Below are positions 9,540 to 19,397 of a stretch of DNA of 64,000 bases, one piece after another (positions within the stretch are counted from its first letter, which is position 1; each line of letters starts with the position of its first letter). The DNA is from Eubacteriales bacterium (lineage in GTDB: Bacteria > Bacillota > Clostridia > Oscillospirales > CAG-272). The translations under genes were made by a program, and so were the position numbers. The DNA lies in contig JAZNZE010000001.1 in NCBI GenBank assembly GCA_045594785.1, positions 264 to 64,263 on the forward strand. Reading direction: 5' to 3'. The notes beneath the pieces were generated by a model. The model had not been told where the DNA came from and made no database searches. It worked only from the letters and a program-made list of their open reading frames with translations.

Positions 9540-10331
9540 TTATCTCACGCCGAGCTTTTTTAGAATTTCATCACATTTATAAATATCGTTAGAGGTAAAC
9601 ATTTTACAGCCGTATTCTATTGCCTTTTTATAATTTTCGAAATCATCTGCAATACAGATACACGGCAAAATTCCCTTTGAAAAACAAAAATCAAAGTTTT
9701 CTTTATTGTCAATAGCAAGTCCGCCCGCTTTTTCGGGATAAAGACAGCACCAATCAAAGAAATCCTCCTCCGGCATTTTGGGTTTGTCTTTTGATCGGCG
9801 GCAATTATATATTCCTTGTCCGTGCAAAATGAATTTTTTTCCATACCTTTTGCGGATATATTCAAGCAGACGCGAGCTGAATGAATTTATCATAGAACGC
9901 TCTGAAAGTCGGTTTTCCAAAATAAGCTCAATAAGCTTATCCGCCACGCAAAAGGCGATATCGTCTCCAAAATCAGAGGGATAAACCTTAAGCTCCCAGT
10001 TTACAAGTACCTTTTCGTTCTTTATCAGTGCGATAAACTCTTTTAGCGTAGGAATTTTTTCGATACCATATCCAGAAGAAAAGGGTTCTCCGATGTCCAA
10101 TTTCTTTATCTCGCTAATACTCATTTCATCTATATTTTTATCTACACCTGAAGTTCTTAAGGCACTACGATCGTGAATTAAGACAAGTTCTCCATCACGA
10201 GAAGCTCTTATATCGGTTTCTATCATATCAACGCCGAAATCAATGGCGGATTTAAATGCTGAGATGCTATTTTCGGGATGATTTACCCTATCTCCTCTGT
10301 GTGCTGCTAAAATTACCCTGCTTCCGTTCAT
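9540..10331 (-). CDS. glycerophosphodiester phosphodiesterase family protein
   Basis: Start trimmed to ATG 10331 (MNGSRVILAAHRGD...). The tracked 300-aa ORF extends into the upstream gene. Motifs AHRG...ENS...IETDIR are typical of GDPD. Confidence 0.8.
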   Translation of the reverse strand: MNGSRVILAAHRGDRVNHPENSISAFKSAIDFGVDMIETDIRASRDGELVLIHDRSALRTSGVDKNIDEMSISEIKKLDIGEPFSSGYGIEKIPTLKEFIALIKNEKVLVNWELKVYPSDFGDDIAFCVADKLIELILENRLSERSMINSFSSRLLEYIRKRYGKKFILHGQGIYNCRRSKDKPKMPEEDFFDWCCLYPEKAGGLAIDNKENFDFCFSKGILPCICIADDFENYKKAIEYGCKMFTSNDIYKCDEILKKLGVR

Positions 10332-10338
10332 ATTATTC

Positions 10339-11679
10339 TTAAAGCGAAACAACGCATCCTTCCTTAACAAGCTCACCTCTGAGCTCTTTTGTATCAACTT
10401 TCGAAAGAGGAATATTTTTGTCAATAGACATACAAGCCGCAATTCCTGCAGCTTGGCTCACCGCCATACAGGTTGCCATAACGCGCGTCATAGCAAAGAC
10501 AGTTTGGTCTACGGAAATTGTTCTTCCGCTCGCAATAAATCCTTCCATTTTCTCCGGTATCATACAACCGTAAGGGATACCTATAGCATGAGAAATCGGA
10601 ACGTAAGTCATACTTCCGCTGTCCTGACCGTGAATATCAACGTTATATCCCGCAAGTGCTATGGTATCATCGGGAATATCAAGTGTTTCAAGCGATTTTT
10701 CGGTTAAGGTCTTTATGCATACAGTCCGCCTGCTTTCTCGAGTTCCGAGAAACGGTATTATTGATTCAAGTCTGCAGTTCTCAAATCCGGGAGCGTACTT
10801 TTTAAGAAAATCTATAAGCTCGACAATTTGCATCTCACAATCAAATATAGCCTTAATAAGACTTTCGGGAACGGTTACGTCTGCATTTATTGCCCTTGTA
10901 ACGTTGAGAAAGGCCCTATCGGAGTTTGGAATACGGCAAAAATCAATCATATTTCTGGGAATGGTAAAATCACCGTTTTTGCGTGCCTCAAAAATCAGCT
11001 CGGGAAATCCCATAAATGAGAAAACTTTATCGTCATTGTACATTTCCTCGCATTGCGATACGTCACTAAATGTTTCGGGAAGCTTATAAGATTCGGGGTG
11101 GCTTTTAATATAAGAGTAAAACTCTTCCATATTAATGCAGCTTACCTCAAAGGTTAAAGTAGGCGGCTGAAGCTTCTCACCCTTTTCAAAAGGTATTCCC
11201 GCCATTGCCGCAGCCCATCCGTCACCTGTAGCGTCAATTAGCACTCTTGTGGCAAATTCAAACACTTCATTACGGCATCTAACCTTAACTCCCTTGATTT
11301 TTCCGTCACTATGCATAACCTCGCAAAGCTCCGAGCAAAGCATACACTCAACTCCTGCTTCAAGGCACATTTGAGTTATGATAAGACGCGTCCAGGGAGC
11401 GTGGATCATTGTCAGAGAATTATGTACCGGCACTCTCGCGTGACCGGGTGTTCCGCCTCTCTCTGCAAGTCTATCAATTAATTCTTGAGCTATTCCCTTT
11501 ACAACGTGATTTCCCTGTCTGTCAAGAAATCCTATAATCGGTACACCCGAAACGAGCATACCGCCGAGAAAGTTTTCTCTTTCAACCAAAAGAACCTTTT
11601 TACCTCGTCTTGCCGCACTGATTGCCGCTGGTATTCCTCCCGGACCGGCACCGACTACTATTATATCGTATTCTTTCAT
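10339..11679 (-). CDS. FAD-dependent oxidoreductase
   Basis: Dinucleotide fold YDIIVVGAGPGGIPAAISAARRGKKVLLVE. Start chosen at the second ATG (11679) because AGGAGA lies 5 nt upstream. The alternative start is 11697. Confidence 0.75.
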   Translation of the reverse strand: MKEYDIIVVGAGPGGIPAAISAARRGKKVLLVERENFLGGMLVSGVPIIGFLDRQGNHVVKGIAQELIDRLAERGGTPGHARVPVHNSLTMIHAPWTRLIITQMCLEAGVECMLCSELCEVMHSDGKIKGVKVRCRNEVFEFATRVLIDATGDGWAAAMAGIPFEKGEKLQPPTLTFEVSCINMEEFYSYIKSHPESYKLPETFSDVSQCEEMYNDDKVFSFMGFPELIFEARKNGDFTIPRNMIDFCRIPNSDRAFLNVTRAINADVTVPESLIKAIFDCEMQIVELIDFLKKYAPGFENCRLESIIPFLGTRESRRTVCIKTLTEKSLETLDIPDDTIALAGYNVDIHGQDSGSMTYVPISHAIGIPYGCMIPEKMEGFIASGRTISVDQTVFAMTRVMATCMAVSQAAGIAACMSIDKNIPLSKVDTKELRGELVKEGCVVSL

Positions 11680-11697
11680 TTTGTCTCCTTGTTTCAT

Positions 11698-12936
11698 TTA
11701 ATGAATTGCTCTTCTTAATCTCATAAGAGTTAAACGGTTGCGGACTAAAGGGGAATATTCCAAAATCAAATCAAGCTTTTCATTAGGTACACCGATATCT
11801 GAAAGCCTCTCTTTTAAGCCGAGCTTTTTATAGGTTCTTAAAAGCTCTTCCCCTGTTGGAATTTCTTCTAGCAAAGCCTGAATTTCGGGAAATTTTGCCT
11901 CCAGCAGCTCAGAGCTTACCTTTTCTGCTGCATCGTTTTTGTTTTCTTCAATTATAGAAGCCGAGAGCCTTTTGCCGAAAGCTCCTTCCACGTAGAAATC
12001 TTCTATTTTGGGATAGTCCTTAAACAAGACGTCTGATTCCGCAATTCTGTGATATTCCTCTGCAGCAATAAGCGTTCCGACACCAACCTTCTCTCCGTGA
12101 AGAGCATCGGATTTAATTCCAAGCGGCTCAGGCTGCATTTCTATAAGATGCGAGATATGATGCTCCGCACCGGAAGCGCACCTTGAATTTCCGAGAAGCT
12201 GCATGGCAAGTCCGGATATCAGAAGTCCGTATATCAGCTTTTCATAAGCATCCGAACTTTCTTCTTTTAAGCCGTCAGCACAGCTAAGCACCGCTTTCGT
12301 TGCATCAAGGGTCATTTCATATATTTTTTCGCAAAAATATTCACCGCATAAAAGCTTTCCCAGTCTCCATTCAAAAAGTGAAATAAATTTACCTATCATA
12401 TCCCCAACACCTGAACGGGTAAGATAGGCGGGCGCTTTTGAAATAACGTCAATATCAGCTATTACAAGCCTTGGAGACACCGCTGTAAAAGTCTTCTTAC
12501 ATCCCCGCCAAGTCATAGCTGCAACAGAAGAGCAAAATCCGTCTACACTTGCCGCAGTAGGACAGGAAACAAACGGAATTTTCCTTTCGTACGCACAGTA
12601 TCTCGTAATATCGTGCACCGTACCGGAGCCTATTGCTATCATATAATCGCAGCATTCGGGTAGCCTTTCAAGCAAAAGCGCTACTCCTTTTTCATTTGCG
12701 TGAAGATTTTCGCTCGGAAGAATAATTTCCATATCACAAACCGGACGAACAAGTCCCTCCGCATTATAGGTGTTTTCGTCATATACGGCAACGCTATAAC
12801 CGAAAAGACCGCACTTTTTCAGATACTTTTCAATTTTTGGCATACAGCCCTTTTCGATTACACATAGCTCGGTGGTCATAAAATGTTCCCTACCGCAGAC
12901 ACATTTTCCATTATAAATCCGACTGTCAATAATCAT
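11698..12936 (-). CDS. iron-containing alcohol dehydrogenase family protein, AraM / sn-glycerol-1-phosphate dehydrogenase-like
   Basis: About 413 aa from ATG 12936, 1 nt after the araD stop. Motifs GSGTVHDITRY, GAEHHISH and LHGEKVGVGT. The family call is by motif resemblance only; specificity is not established. Confidence 0.6.
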   Translation of the reverse strand: MIIDSRIYNGKCVCGREHFMTTELCVIEKGCMPKIEKYLKKCGLFGYSVAVYDENTYNAEGLVRPVCDMEIILPSENLHANEKGVALLLERLPECCDYMIAIGSGTVHDITRYCAYERKIPFVSCPTAASVDGFCSSVAAMTWRGCKKTFTAVSPRLVIADIDVISKAPAYLTRSGVGDMIGKFISLFEWRLGKLLCGEYFCEKIYEMTLDATKAVLSCADGLKEESSDAYEKLIYGLLISGLAMQLLGNSRCASGAEHHISHLIEMQPEPLGIKSDALHGEKVGVGTLIAAEEYHRIAESDVLFKDYPKIEDFYVEGAFGKRLSASIIEENKNDAAEKVSSELLEAKFPEIQALLEEIPTGEELLRTYKKLGLKERLSDIGVPNEKLDLILEYSPLVRNRLTLMRLRRAIH

Positions 12937-12937
12937 T

Positions 12938-13630
12938 TTATTGCTCCTTTTGACCGTAATAAGCATTTTCACCGTGTTTTCTGAGATAATGCTTATCAAG
13001 AAGCTCTTTTTGAATTCTTATATCGGGATTCATTTTTATTGTATGCCAAGCCATCATAGCTACCTCTTCGAGAATTATAGCGTTCTCGACAGATTTAGAA
13101 GAATCCTTGCCCCAGGTGAACGGACCGTGTGAATAGACTAATGCTGCCGGCATCTCTATTATGCTTTTTTCGTCAAAAAGCTCAGCTATAACCTTTCCTG
13201 TTTCAAGTTCGTATTCTCCGAAAATTTCCTTTTCGGTCATCTTGCGGGTACAAGGTACGTCTCCGTAAAAAGCGTCGGCATGTGTTGTTCCGAGTGCGGG
13301 AATAGGAGCGCCGCATTGTGAAAAAATGGTTGCCCACCGAGAATGAGTATGAGCTATTCCTCCTATAGAAGAAAATCTTCTGTAAAGCTCAAGATGCGTA
13401 GGAGTATCTGAGGAAGGATTGAGTTTCCCTTCAATCTTATTACCGAAAAGATCAACGACAACCATATCGGAGGGCTGCATTTCCTCATATCTTACCCCCG
13501 AAGGCTTTATAACGACCAGTCCGTTTTCTCTGTCAATTTCCGAAACGTTGCCCCAGGTTAACGTTATAAGTCCGTTTTCCTTCAGAGCAAGATTTGCACG
13601 GTAGACCTTTTCCTTTAATTTTTCAAGCAT
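12938..13630 (-). CDS. araD: L-ribulose-5-phosphate 4-epimerase (class II aldolase/adducin fold)
   Basis: Near-collinear resemblance to AraD: LTWGNVS...VIKPSGV...PSSDTPTH...GGIAHTHS...[10 protein letters not shown]...[10 protein letters not shown]. Start at ATG 13630 behind AGAGAGG. Confidence 0.85.
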   Translation of the reverse strand: MLEKLKEKVYRANLALKENGLITLTWGNVSEIDRENGLVVIKPSGVRYEEMQPSDMVVVDLFGNKIEGKLNPSSDTPTHLELYRRFSSIGGIAHTHSRWATIFSQCGAPIPALGTTHADAFYGDVPCTRKMTEKEIFGEYELETGKVIAELFDEKSIIEMPAALVYSHGPFTWGKDSSKSVENAIILEEVAMMAWHTIKMNPDIRIQKELLDKHYLRKHGENAYYGQKEQ

Positions 13631-13641
13631 AAAAACCTCTC

Positions 13642-13670
13642 TTGACATATATTGATCATTTATGTATAAT
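13642..13670 (+). promoter_or_regulatory. consensus sigma-A promoter (TTGACA-17-TATAAT with TG extension), probably for the DeoR regulator
   Basis: TTGACA at 13642-13647 and TATAAT at 13665-13670, 17-nt spacer, TG at -15/-14. It overlaps the araD leader on the other strand. Confidence 0.45.
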
Positions 13671-13762
13671 TATATCAGATGATTAATTCAAGAGCAATAT
13701 GTGGCGATATATTAGGCAAATGAGCAAATTTGTAGTATAAAATACGCAAAAAGAGGCAATTT

Positions 13763-14497
13763 ATGAGCATAACAAAAAGACAAGAAAGAATACTTGAGCT
13801 TCTTCGTTCGGAAGGCTTTTTATCCGTACTTTCCATTTCGGAAATTACTTATACCTCACCCTCGAGCATAAGACGCGACCTTGCAAGACTTGAGAATATG
13901 AATCTCATAAAGCGAACGCACGGTGGGGCAAGCGTGCTTAACGAAATAAACCAAAGCGTTCCGCTTAATAGGAGAATGACTAAAAACACCGTTGGAAAAA
14001 GAAAGATTGCCAAAAAAGCCGAACTGCTTCTCAAAGACGGACAAACAATAATGCTTGACGGGTCAAGCACAGCCTCGTTTCTTATTCCGTACATCGCAAA
14101 ATTCAAAAACACGGTTCTTTTTACAAACAATATGATGACAGCAATAAACGCTATAAATTACGGTATAAAAACCCATTGTATAGGCGGGGCTTCGGTAAAT
14201 GGCTCTGCCGTGCTTTCCGGAACGGAAAGCTATGAAGCCGTGGCAAAAATACATCCTGACCTTCTATTCTTTTCTTCCAAAGCTCTCAGCGATGACGGAG
14301 TTATTTCAGACCCAACCTCTGAGGAAAATTATCTTAGAAGCCTTATGATAAAAAACGCAAAAATCAAGGTGTTTTTGTGTGATAGCGAAAAGTTTTCCGA
14401 CACCTCAATATATACCCTAACAACCCTTGATGAAATTGACTATGCTATATTTGACGAGCCGTACGATAATTTAAAAACAAGCTGTAAAATTATATAA
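13763..14497 (+). CDS. DeoR-family transcriptional regulator
   Basis: 244 aa. N-terminal HTH (RQERILELLRSEGFLSVLSISEITYTSPSSIRRDL) plus a DeoR C-terminal sugar-phosphate sensor domain. Confidence 0.85.
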   Translation: MSITKRQERILELLRSEGFLSVLSISEITYTSPSSIRRDLARLENMNLIKRTHGGASVLNEINQSVPLNRRMTKNTVGKRKIAKKAELLLKDGQTIMLDGSSTASFLIPYIAKFKNTVLFTNNMMTAINAINYGIKTHCIGGASVNGSAVLSGTESYEAVAKIHPDLLFFSSKALSDDGVISDPTSEENYLRSLMIKNAKIKVFLCDSEKFSDTSIYTLTTLDEIDYAIFDEPYDNLKTSCKII

Positions 14498-14502
14498 AAA
14501 TC

Positions 14503-14541
14503 AGGCACTCCCAGCAAAATCAGGAGTGCCTTTAGTTGTTT
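14503..14541. terminator. terminator hairpin between convergent genes
   Basis: AGGCACTCC (14503-14511) / GGAGTGCCT (14523-14531), followed by a T-rich tract. Confidence 0.6.
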
Positions 14542-14574
14542 TAAAATGTAATTCTGCTCTGTTTTATATTGCCA

Positions 14575-16530
14575 TTAATCAAGTTCTTTTAATCCTGTGT
14601 AGAGCTCGTAATATCGTCCTTTCATTTTGAGAAGATCGTCATGGTCACCTCGCTCGATTATCTCGCCCTTTTCAAGAACCATAATCGCATTAGCGTTTCT
14701 TACCGTGGAAAGTCTGTGAGCTATAACGAAGGTTGTGCGATTTTTCATAAGTCTGTCCATTCCGTGCTCTATGTGTCTTTCGGTTCTGGTATCAACCGAA
14801 GAGGTAGCCTCGTCTAGAACAAGAATAGGAGCTTTGGAAAGTGCTGCTCTGGCAATATTCAGAAGCTGACGCTGACCTTGCGAAAGATTTGCCCCGTCAC
14901 CCGTAAGAACCGTATCATAACCGTTTTCAAGTCGCATTATAAAGCTATGTGCGCTGGCGGTTTTGGCTGCGGCAACAACCTCTTCATCGGTTGCGTCAAG
15001 TCTGCCGTAACGGATATTTTCCATTACACTTCCGGTAAACAAATGCGTATCCTGCAAAACCATAGCAATATTTTTTCTTAAATGCTCTCTGGAATATGAC
15101 TTAAGCGGCTTACCGTCAATTAATATTTCGCCCGCTTCTATGTCGTAAAATCTATTAAGAAGATTGGTTATAGTCGTTTTTCCTGCGCCGGTAGAACCTA
15201 CGAAAGCAATCTTCTGTCCGGGATGTGCATAAAGAGAAATGTTTTTAAGAACAGTACGCCCCGGAAGATATCCAAACGTTACGTCTTTAAGAACTACGTC
15301 ACCCACTATCTCATCATATATAGCATCAATAGCGTCAGGCTCTTCAGGATCGGCATCCATTACCTTAAATACCCTCTCTGCACCCGCAAGCGCCGCGAAA
15401 ATCGTAGATACCTGCATAGATATCTGATTTATCGGCATCGAAAAATGCCTAGAATATCCGGCAAAAACAGTCAGCGCACCCGGTGTGAATCCGCTGGTAC
15501 ACATAAGAACGCCGCCAATACCTACTGTAAGTGCATAGCTTATTTGTCCTGTATTACCCATTATAGGACCCATAATTCCGCCCCAGAATTGAGCGTTCAT
15601 CTGCTTATTTCTGAGGTCTTCGTTTATGAGATTAAACTCCTCAACGCATTCGTCCTCGTGGTTAAATACTTTTATAACCTTCTGACCGCTTATCGTTTCC
15701 TCAATATATCCGTTAACGGCACCAAGTGCACTCTGCTGCGCACCGTAGAATTTAGAAGAACGCTTACCGATAATTTTTCCGCCGAAAATAAAGACAGGAA
15801 CAAATACTACGGTGATTAGCGTAAGCCAGATATTTGTTGTAAGCATAAAAATAAACGTGCCTACAATACTTATCATACCGCTTACTATAGACGTAAGTGA
15901 ATTGTTAAGCATAACGTCTATGTTATCAACGTCATTTGTAAATCGGCTCATTATTTCACCGGTTGGATTAGAATCAAAATATCTGACGGGAAGCTTTTGA
16001 AGCTTTTCAAAGAGGTCGTTTCTGATATTTTGAACCGAGCTTTGCGAAATTCCCACCATTATCCTTGCTTGGAGATAAGAAGACGCTGCCGAAACAAAAT
16101 ATATAAGAGCAAGAATTATCAAAGCACAAGCGATATATACGGTTATCGCGCCCACACCGCCCATAAGCTTCTGTATTAATGACGTTTCGGTAAAGGCTTC
16201 TATTATACCGTTTGCAAATCTCTCTATAGGACTGTATTCAAGATTTGCACTAGGATTAATTTCCAAAGTTATCTTATTTATTATAGGCGCAATAAGATAT
16301 CCGCCGCAAAGAGAGAAAACCGTAGAAAAAATCATACACAAAAATACGAAAACCAGCCTTAACTTATATTTGCCTACGTAAGTCAAAAGTCTTTTAATCG
16401 TGTTTTTGAGATTTTTGGGCTTTCCGCCCAATCTTGCACCTCTGGGCCCACCCGGGCCGCCACCTCTCAGCGAATGATGACCGGAGGCTTTGTTATACTG
16501 CTTCTGAAGCTGTTCCAGGGTTCTAGCCAT
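14575..16530 (-). CDS. ABC transporter ATP-binding/permease protein (exporter half, heterodimer partner B)
   Basis: Start trimmed to MARTLEQ (ATG 16530, AGGAGG upstream). Walker A GSTGAGKTT, signature LSQGQRQ, Walker B ILVLDEATS. 8-nt overlap with the upstream partner. Confidence 0.85.
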   Translation of the reverse strand: MARTLEQLQKQYNKASGHHSLRGGGPGGPRGARLGGKPKNLKNTIKRLLTYVGKYKLRLVFVFLCMIFSTVFSLCGGYLIAPIINKITLEINPSANLEYSPIERFANGIIEAFTETSLIQKLMGGVGAITVYIACALIILALIYFVSAASSYLQARIMVGISQSSVQNIRNDLFEKLQKLPVRYFDSNPTGEIMSRFTNDVDNIDVMLNNSLTSIVSGMISIVGTFIFMLTTNIWLTLITVVFVPVFIFGGKIIGKRSSKFYGAQQSALGAVNGYIEETISGQKVIKVFNHEDECVEEFNLINEDLRNKQMNAQFWGGIMGPIMGNTGQISYALTVGIGGVLMCTSGFTPGALTVFAGYSRHFSMPINQISMQVSTIFAALAGAERVFKVMDADPEEPDAIDAIYDEIVGDVVLKDVTFGYLPGRTVLKNISLYAHPGQKIAFVGSTGAGKTTITNLLNRFYDIEAGEILIDGKPLKSYSREHLRKNIAMVLQDTHLFTGSVMENIRYGRLDATDEEVVAAAKTASAHSFIMRLENGYDTVLTGDGANLSQGQRQLLNIARAALSKAPILVLDEATSSVDTRTERHIEHGMDRLMKNRTTFVIAHRLSTVRNANAIMVLEKGEIIERGDHDDLLKMKGRYYELYTGLKELD

Positions 16531-18298
16531 TTTTTGCCTCCTTATCCATTTGAGAGTAATAAATTTCGCTGTATTCGGTGTTGCTTTCAAGGAGCTCCTC
16601 GTGAGTTCCTATACCCGTTATCACACCGTCATTCATAACTATAATTTTTTCAGCATCCTTGACCGAGCTTATACGCTGAGCAATTATAATCTTTGTGGTA
16701 TCGGAAAGCGCCGTTCTAAGAGCCTCTCTGATCTGGCGCTCGGTTGCCGTATCAACCGCACTTGTAGAATCATCAAGAATAAGTATTTTAGGTTTTTTGA
16801 CCATAGCTCTTGCTATACACAGTCTTTGCTTCTGACCGCCGGAAACGTTTGCACCGCCCTTATCAAGCAGCTTTTCATATCCTTCCGCAAATGAAGATAC
16901 AAATTTATCGGCAGCAGCATACTTTGAAGCCGCGATAATCTCATCTTCGGTTGCATTCTGATCTCCCCAGCGCAAATTTTCGGCAATCGTACCCGAGAAC
17001 AAAAGATTTTTTTGTAGCACCATACCTACACCGTCACGCAAATTCTTAAGCGAGTAGTCCTTTACGTTAACGCCGTCTATAAGAACCTCGCCCTCGTCTA
17101 CGTCATATAGCCTTGGTATCATCGAAACAAGTGTTGTTTTTCCGCATCCCGTAGAACCGATTATTCCTACCGTGCTACCCGGTTCTATAGTAAGGTTAAC
17201 AGTATCAAGCACCTTTTCCTGACTGTTTTTAAAATATCGGAAGCTTACGTTTTTAAACTCTATTCTTCCCTCGCTTACCTTTTTTTCGGTACATGCCGCA
17301 TCGCTATCATCTAAATCCAGCTCTTCATCAAGAAGCTCGCAAATTCTTCGGCCTGATGCGAGAGCTCTCGACGTAGTCATAAGCAGCATCGTAATCATCA
17401 TAAGCGATGAAAGTATCTGAGTTACGTAGGTTATAAATGCGGAAAGGTCACCGACCTTCATATCACCGCTTATAACTATTCCATGTCCGAACCAAATTAC
17501 CGCAATAGTAGTTGCATACATAAAGACGTTCATTACAGGCATCATAAAAATCATAATTTTTATAGCCTTCATTCCCGACTCTTTAAGATCGCTGTTCGAC
17601 TTCTCGAACTTTTTGATTTCTTCTTTTTCTCTTACGAATGATTTTACAACGCGAACGTTAGTTACATTTTCTCTTACCGTAGAATTGAGCGCGTCTATCT
17701 TTTTCTGCATTTTACTGAATCTCGGAAAGCTCATAAAAATAAGCGCAAATATAGTAATTAGCATAAGAGGGATAGTCACGGCAAAAACGATTGATAGCTT
17801 AGGCTTAAGCGTTATAGCCATTATAAGTCCGCCAATCATCATTCCGGGCGAACGAAGAGCCATACGCAAAAGCATGTTGACGAAATTCTGAAGCTGAGTT
17901 ACGTCATTTGTAACTCTGGTAACTATCGAACCGGTAGAAAATTTGTCAATATTGGAAAAAGAATACTGCTGCACCTTAGAATAAATGTCTTTTCGAAGGT
18001 CGGTAGCAAAATTAACCGAAGCTTTAGCACCAAAATAAGCACCGCCAACACCTCCGAGCATCATAAGCAATGCAGTTAAAATCATAAGTCCCGCAATACC
18101 TATACTTCCCCATACCGTGAGAGGCGTCCCTTCATATGGCAGCCCTGCATCTGCGTTTATTCTCGCTTGACCGCCGTTGATTACCACCGAAAGAAGCTTT
18201 GGCATTAAAACTTCCCCGATAACCTCGATTATCATGCAAAGCGGACCAAGGATAAAAAACGGGAGGTAAGGCTTGATATATTTATACCATCTTTTCAC
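16523..18298 (-). CDS. ABC transporter ATP-binding/permease protein (exporter half, heterodimer partner A)
   Basis: 591 aa. Walker A GSTGCGKTT, signature VSGGQKQR, Walker B ILILDDSTS. Six-TM N-terminal domain. Confidence 0.85.
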   Translation of the reverse strand: MKRWYKYIKPYLPFFILGPLCMIIEVIGEVLMPKLLSVVINGGQARINADAGLPYEGTPLTVWGSIGIAGLMILTALLMMLGGVGGAYFGAKASVNFATDLRKDIYSKVQQYSFSNIDKFSTGSIVTRVTNDVTQLQNFVNMLLRMALRSPGMMIGGLIMAITLKPKLSIVFAVTIPLMLITIFALIFMSFPRFSKMQKKIDALNSTVRENVTNVRVVKSFVREKEEIKKFEKSNSDLKESGMKAIKIMIFMMPVMNVFMYATTIAVIWFGHGIVISGDMKVGDLSAFITYVTQILSSLMMITMLLMTTSRALASGRRICELLDEELDLDDSDAACTEKKVSEGRIEFKNVSFRYFKNSQEKVLDTVNLTIEPGSTVGIIGSTGCGKTTLVSMIPRLYDVDEGEVLIDGVNVKDYSLKNLRDGVGMVLQKNLLFSGTIAENLRWGDQNATEDEIIAASKYAAADKFVSSFAEGYEKLLDKGGANVSGGQKQRLCIARAMVKKPKILILDDSTSAVDTATERQIREALRTALSDTTKIIIAQRISSVKDAEKIIVMNDGVITGIGTHEELLESNTEYSEIYYSQMDKEAKNG

Positions 18299-18759
18299 TT
18301 AAAATCTGCCTCCTTAAATCCAAAATCAGAATTTTTCTTTATGTTTTGTTGTATTTTCTCGAGATAACTTATATATCCGTCCAGCTCTGAATCCGAAAAA
18401 CCTTCAAAAAGTGAGGTATCAAGCTTTGTAAATATTTTGAAAGAATCTTCAACAATATTTTTTCCCAGCTCCGTAACCTGAACCTCGTTATAACGGTTGT
18501 CGTCCCCTTGAACTCTTTCGATATAGCCGTCCTTTTCGAGCTTTTTCAAAACCCCCGTAATAGCTGCGGGAGTAATTCCTATGTGTTCGGCAAGAGATTT
18601 CTGCGAAAGCAGCTTTCCGTGCCTTGCTATATGCATAAGAACTCTATGCTGCGTTCTGTGCAGTCCAATCTTTGAAACGTTAGTATCCAAAAGATGCTTA
18701 TGCATTCTATCGGTCTGAATCATTATATTTACAGCACTCGAAATTTTTTCTTCGTTCAT
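18295..18759 (-). CDS. MarR-family transcriptional regulator
   Basis: Winged-helix core LHRTQHRVLMHIARHGKLLSQKSLAEHIGITPAAITGVLKKLEKDGYIER. Start at ATG 18759 behind AGGAGA; the tracked start at 18774 is a TTG. 4-nt overlap with the ABC gene. Confidence 0.85.
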   Translation of the reverse strand: MNEEKISSAVNIMIQTDRMHKHLLDTNVSKIGLHRTQHRVLMHIARHGKLLSQKSLAEHIGITPAAITGVLKKLEKDGYIERVQGDDNRYNEVQVTELGKNIVEDSFKIFTKLDTSLFEGFSDSELDGYISYLEKIQQNIKKNSDFGFKEADFK

Positions 18760-18917
18760 TTTTTCTCCTTTCAAACAAAAAATTAAGAGGTTAATAATTA
18801 ACTACTTAACTATTATAATCGTAAGAGTATACTTTGTCAATAGAAAACGCAGAGAATATATTGATTTTTTGTAAATATTATGCTATTATTTAACTATCAA
18901 TAAACGAGGATTTTAAA

Positions 18918-19376
18918 ATGAAAAACACAACTCTTTGTTATATAGAAAACAACGGTTGCTATTTAATGCTTCACAGAACCAAAAAGGAAAATGATGAAAA
19001 CAAAGACAAGTGGGTTGGAATAGGCGGAAAGCTGGAAGCCGGTGAGAGCCCTTTCGACTGTGTCAGACGCGAAATTAAGGAAGAAACCTCCCTGACTGCA
19101 GAAAAACTATCATACAGAGGAATCATTACATTTGTCTCGGATATTTACGGAACAGAATATATGCATCTTTTCACCTGCTCAAAATTTTCAGGAACACTTT
19201 CGGAAAAGTGTGACGAAGGATATCCGGAATGGATAAAAATAGAGGACGTTCAAAGACTTCCGATATGGGAAGGCGATAAAATATTTTTCGAGCTTTTAAA
19301 AAAGCCTACATCCTTCTTTTCACTGAAGCTTGTTTACAGCGGTGACCGTTTGATTTCCCACAAACTTGAATTTTAA
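18918..19376 (+). CDS. Nudix hydrolase (MutT/8-oxo-dGTP diphosphatase-like)
   Basis: Nudix box GGKLEAGESPFDCVRREIKEETSL. Confidence 0.8.
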   Translation: MKNTTLCYIENNGCYLMLHRTKKENDENKDKWVGIGGKLEAGESPFDCVRREIKEETSLTAEKLSYRGIITFVSDIYGTEYMHLFTCSKFSGTLSEKCDEGYPEWIKIEDVQRLPIWEGDKIFFELLKKPTSFFSLKLVYSGDRLISHKLEF

Positions 19377-19397
19377 ACAATCAGAAAAAACGGCGGT

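Noticed and set aside
9540-10442. Extended N-termini given in the ORF track for several genes: 9540-10442, 14575-16590, 25710-26618, 31739-32266, 48467-49228, 50207-51217, 57349-58218, 11698-12999, 19398-19967 and 47526-48467.
   Set aside because: The extensions overlap the preceding gene or begin at non-ATG codons. In each case an internal ATG with a good RBS begins exactly where family-typical N-terminal sequence starts, so the starts were trimmed.
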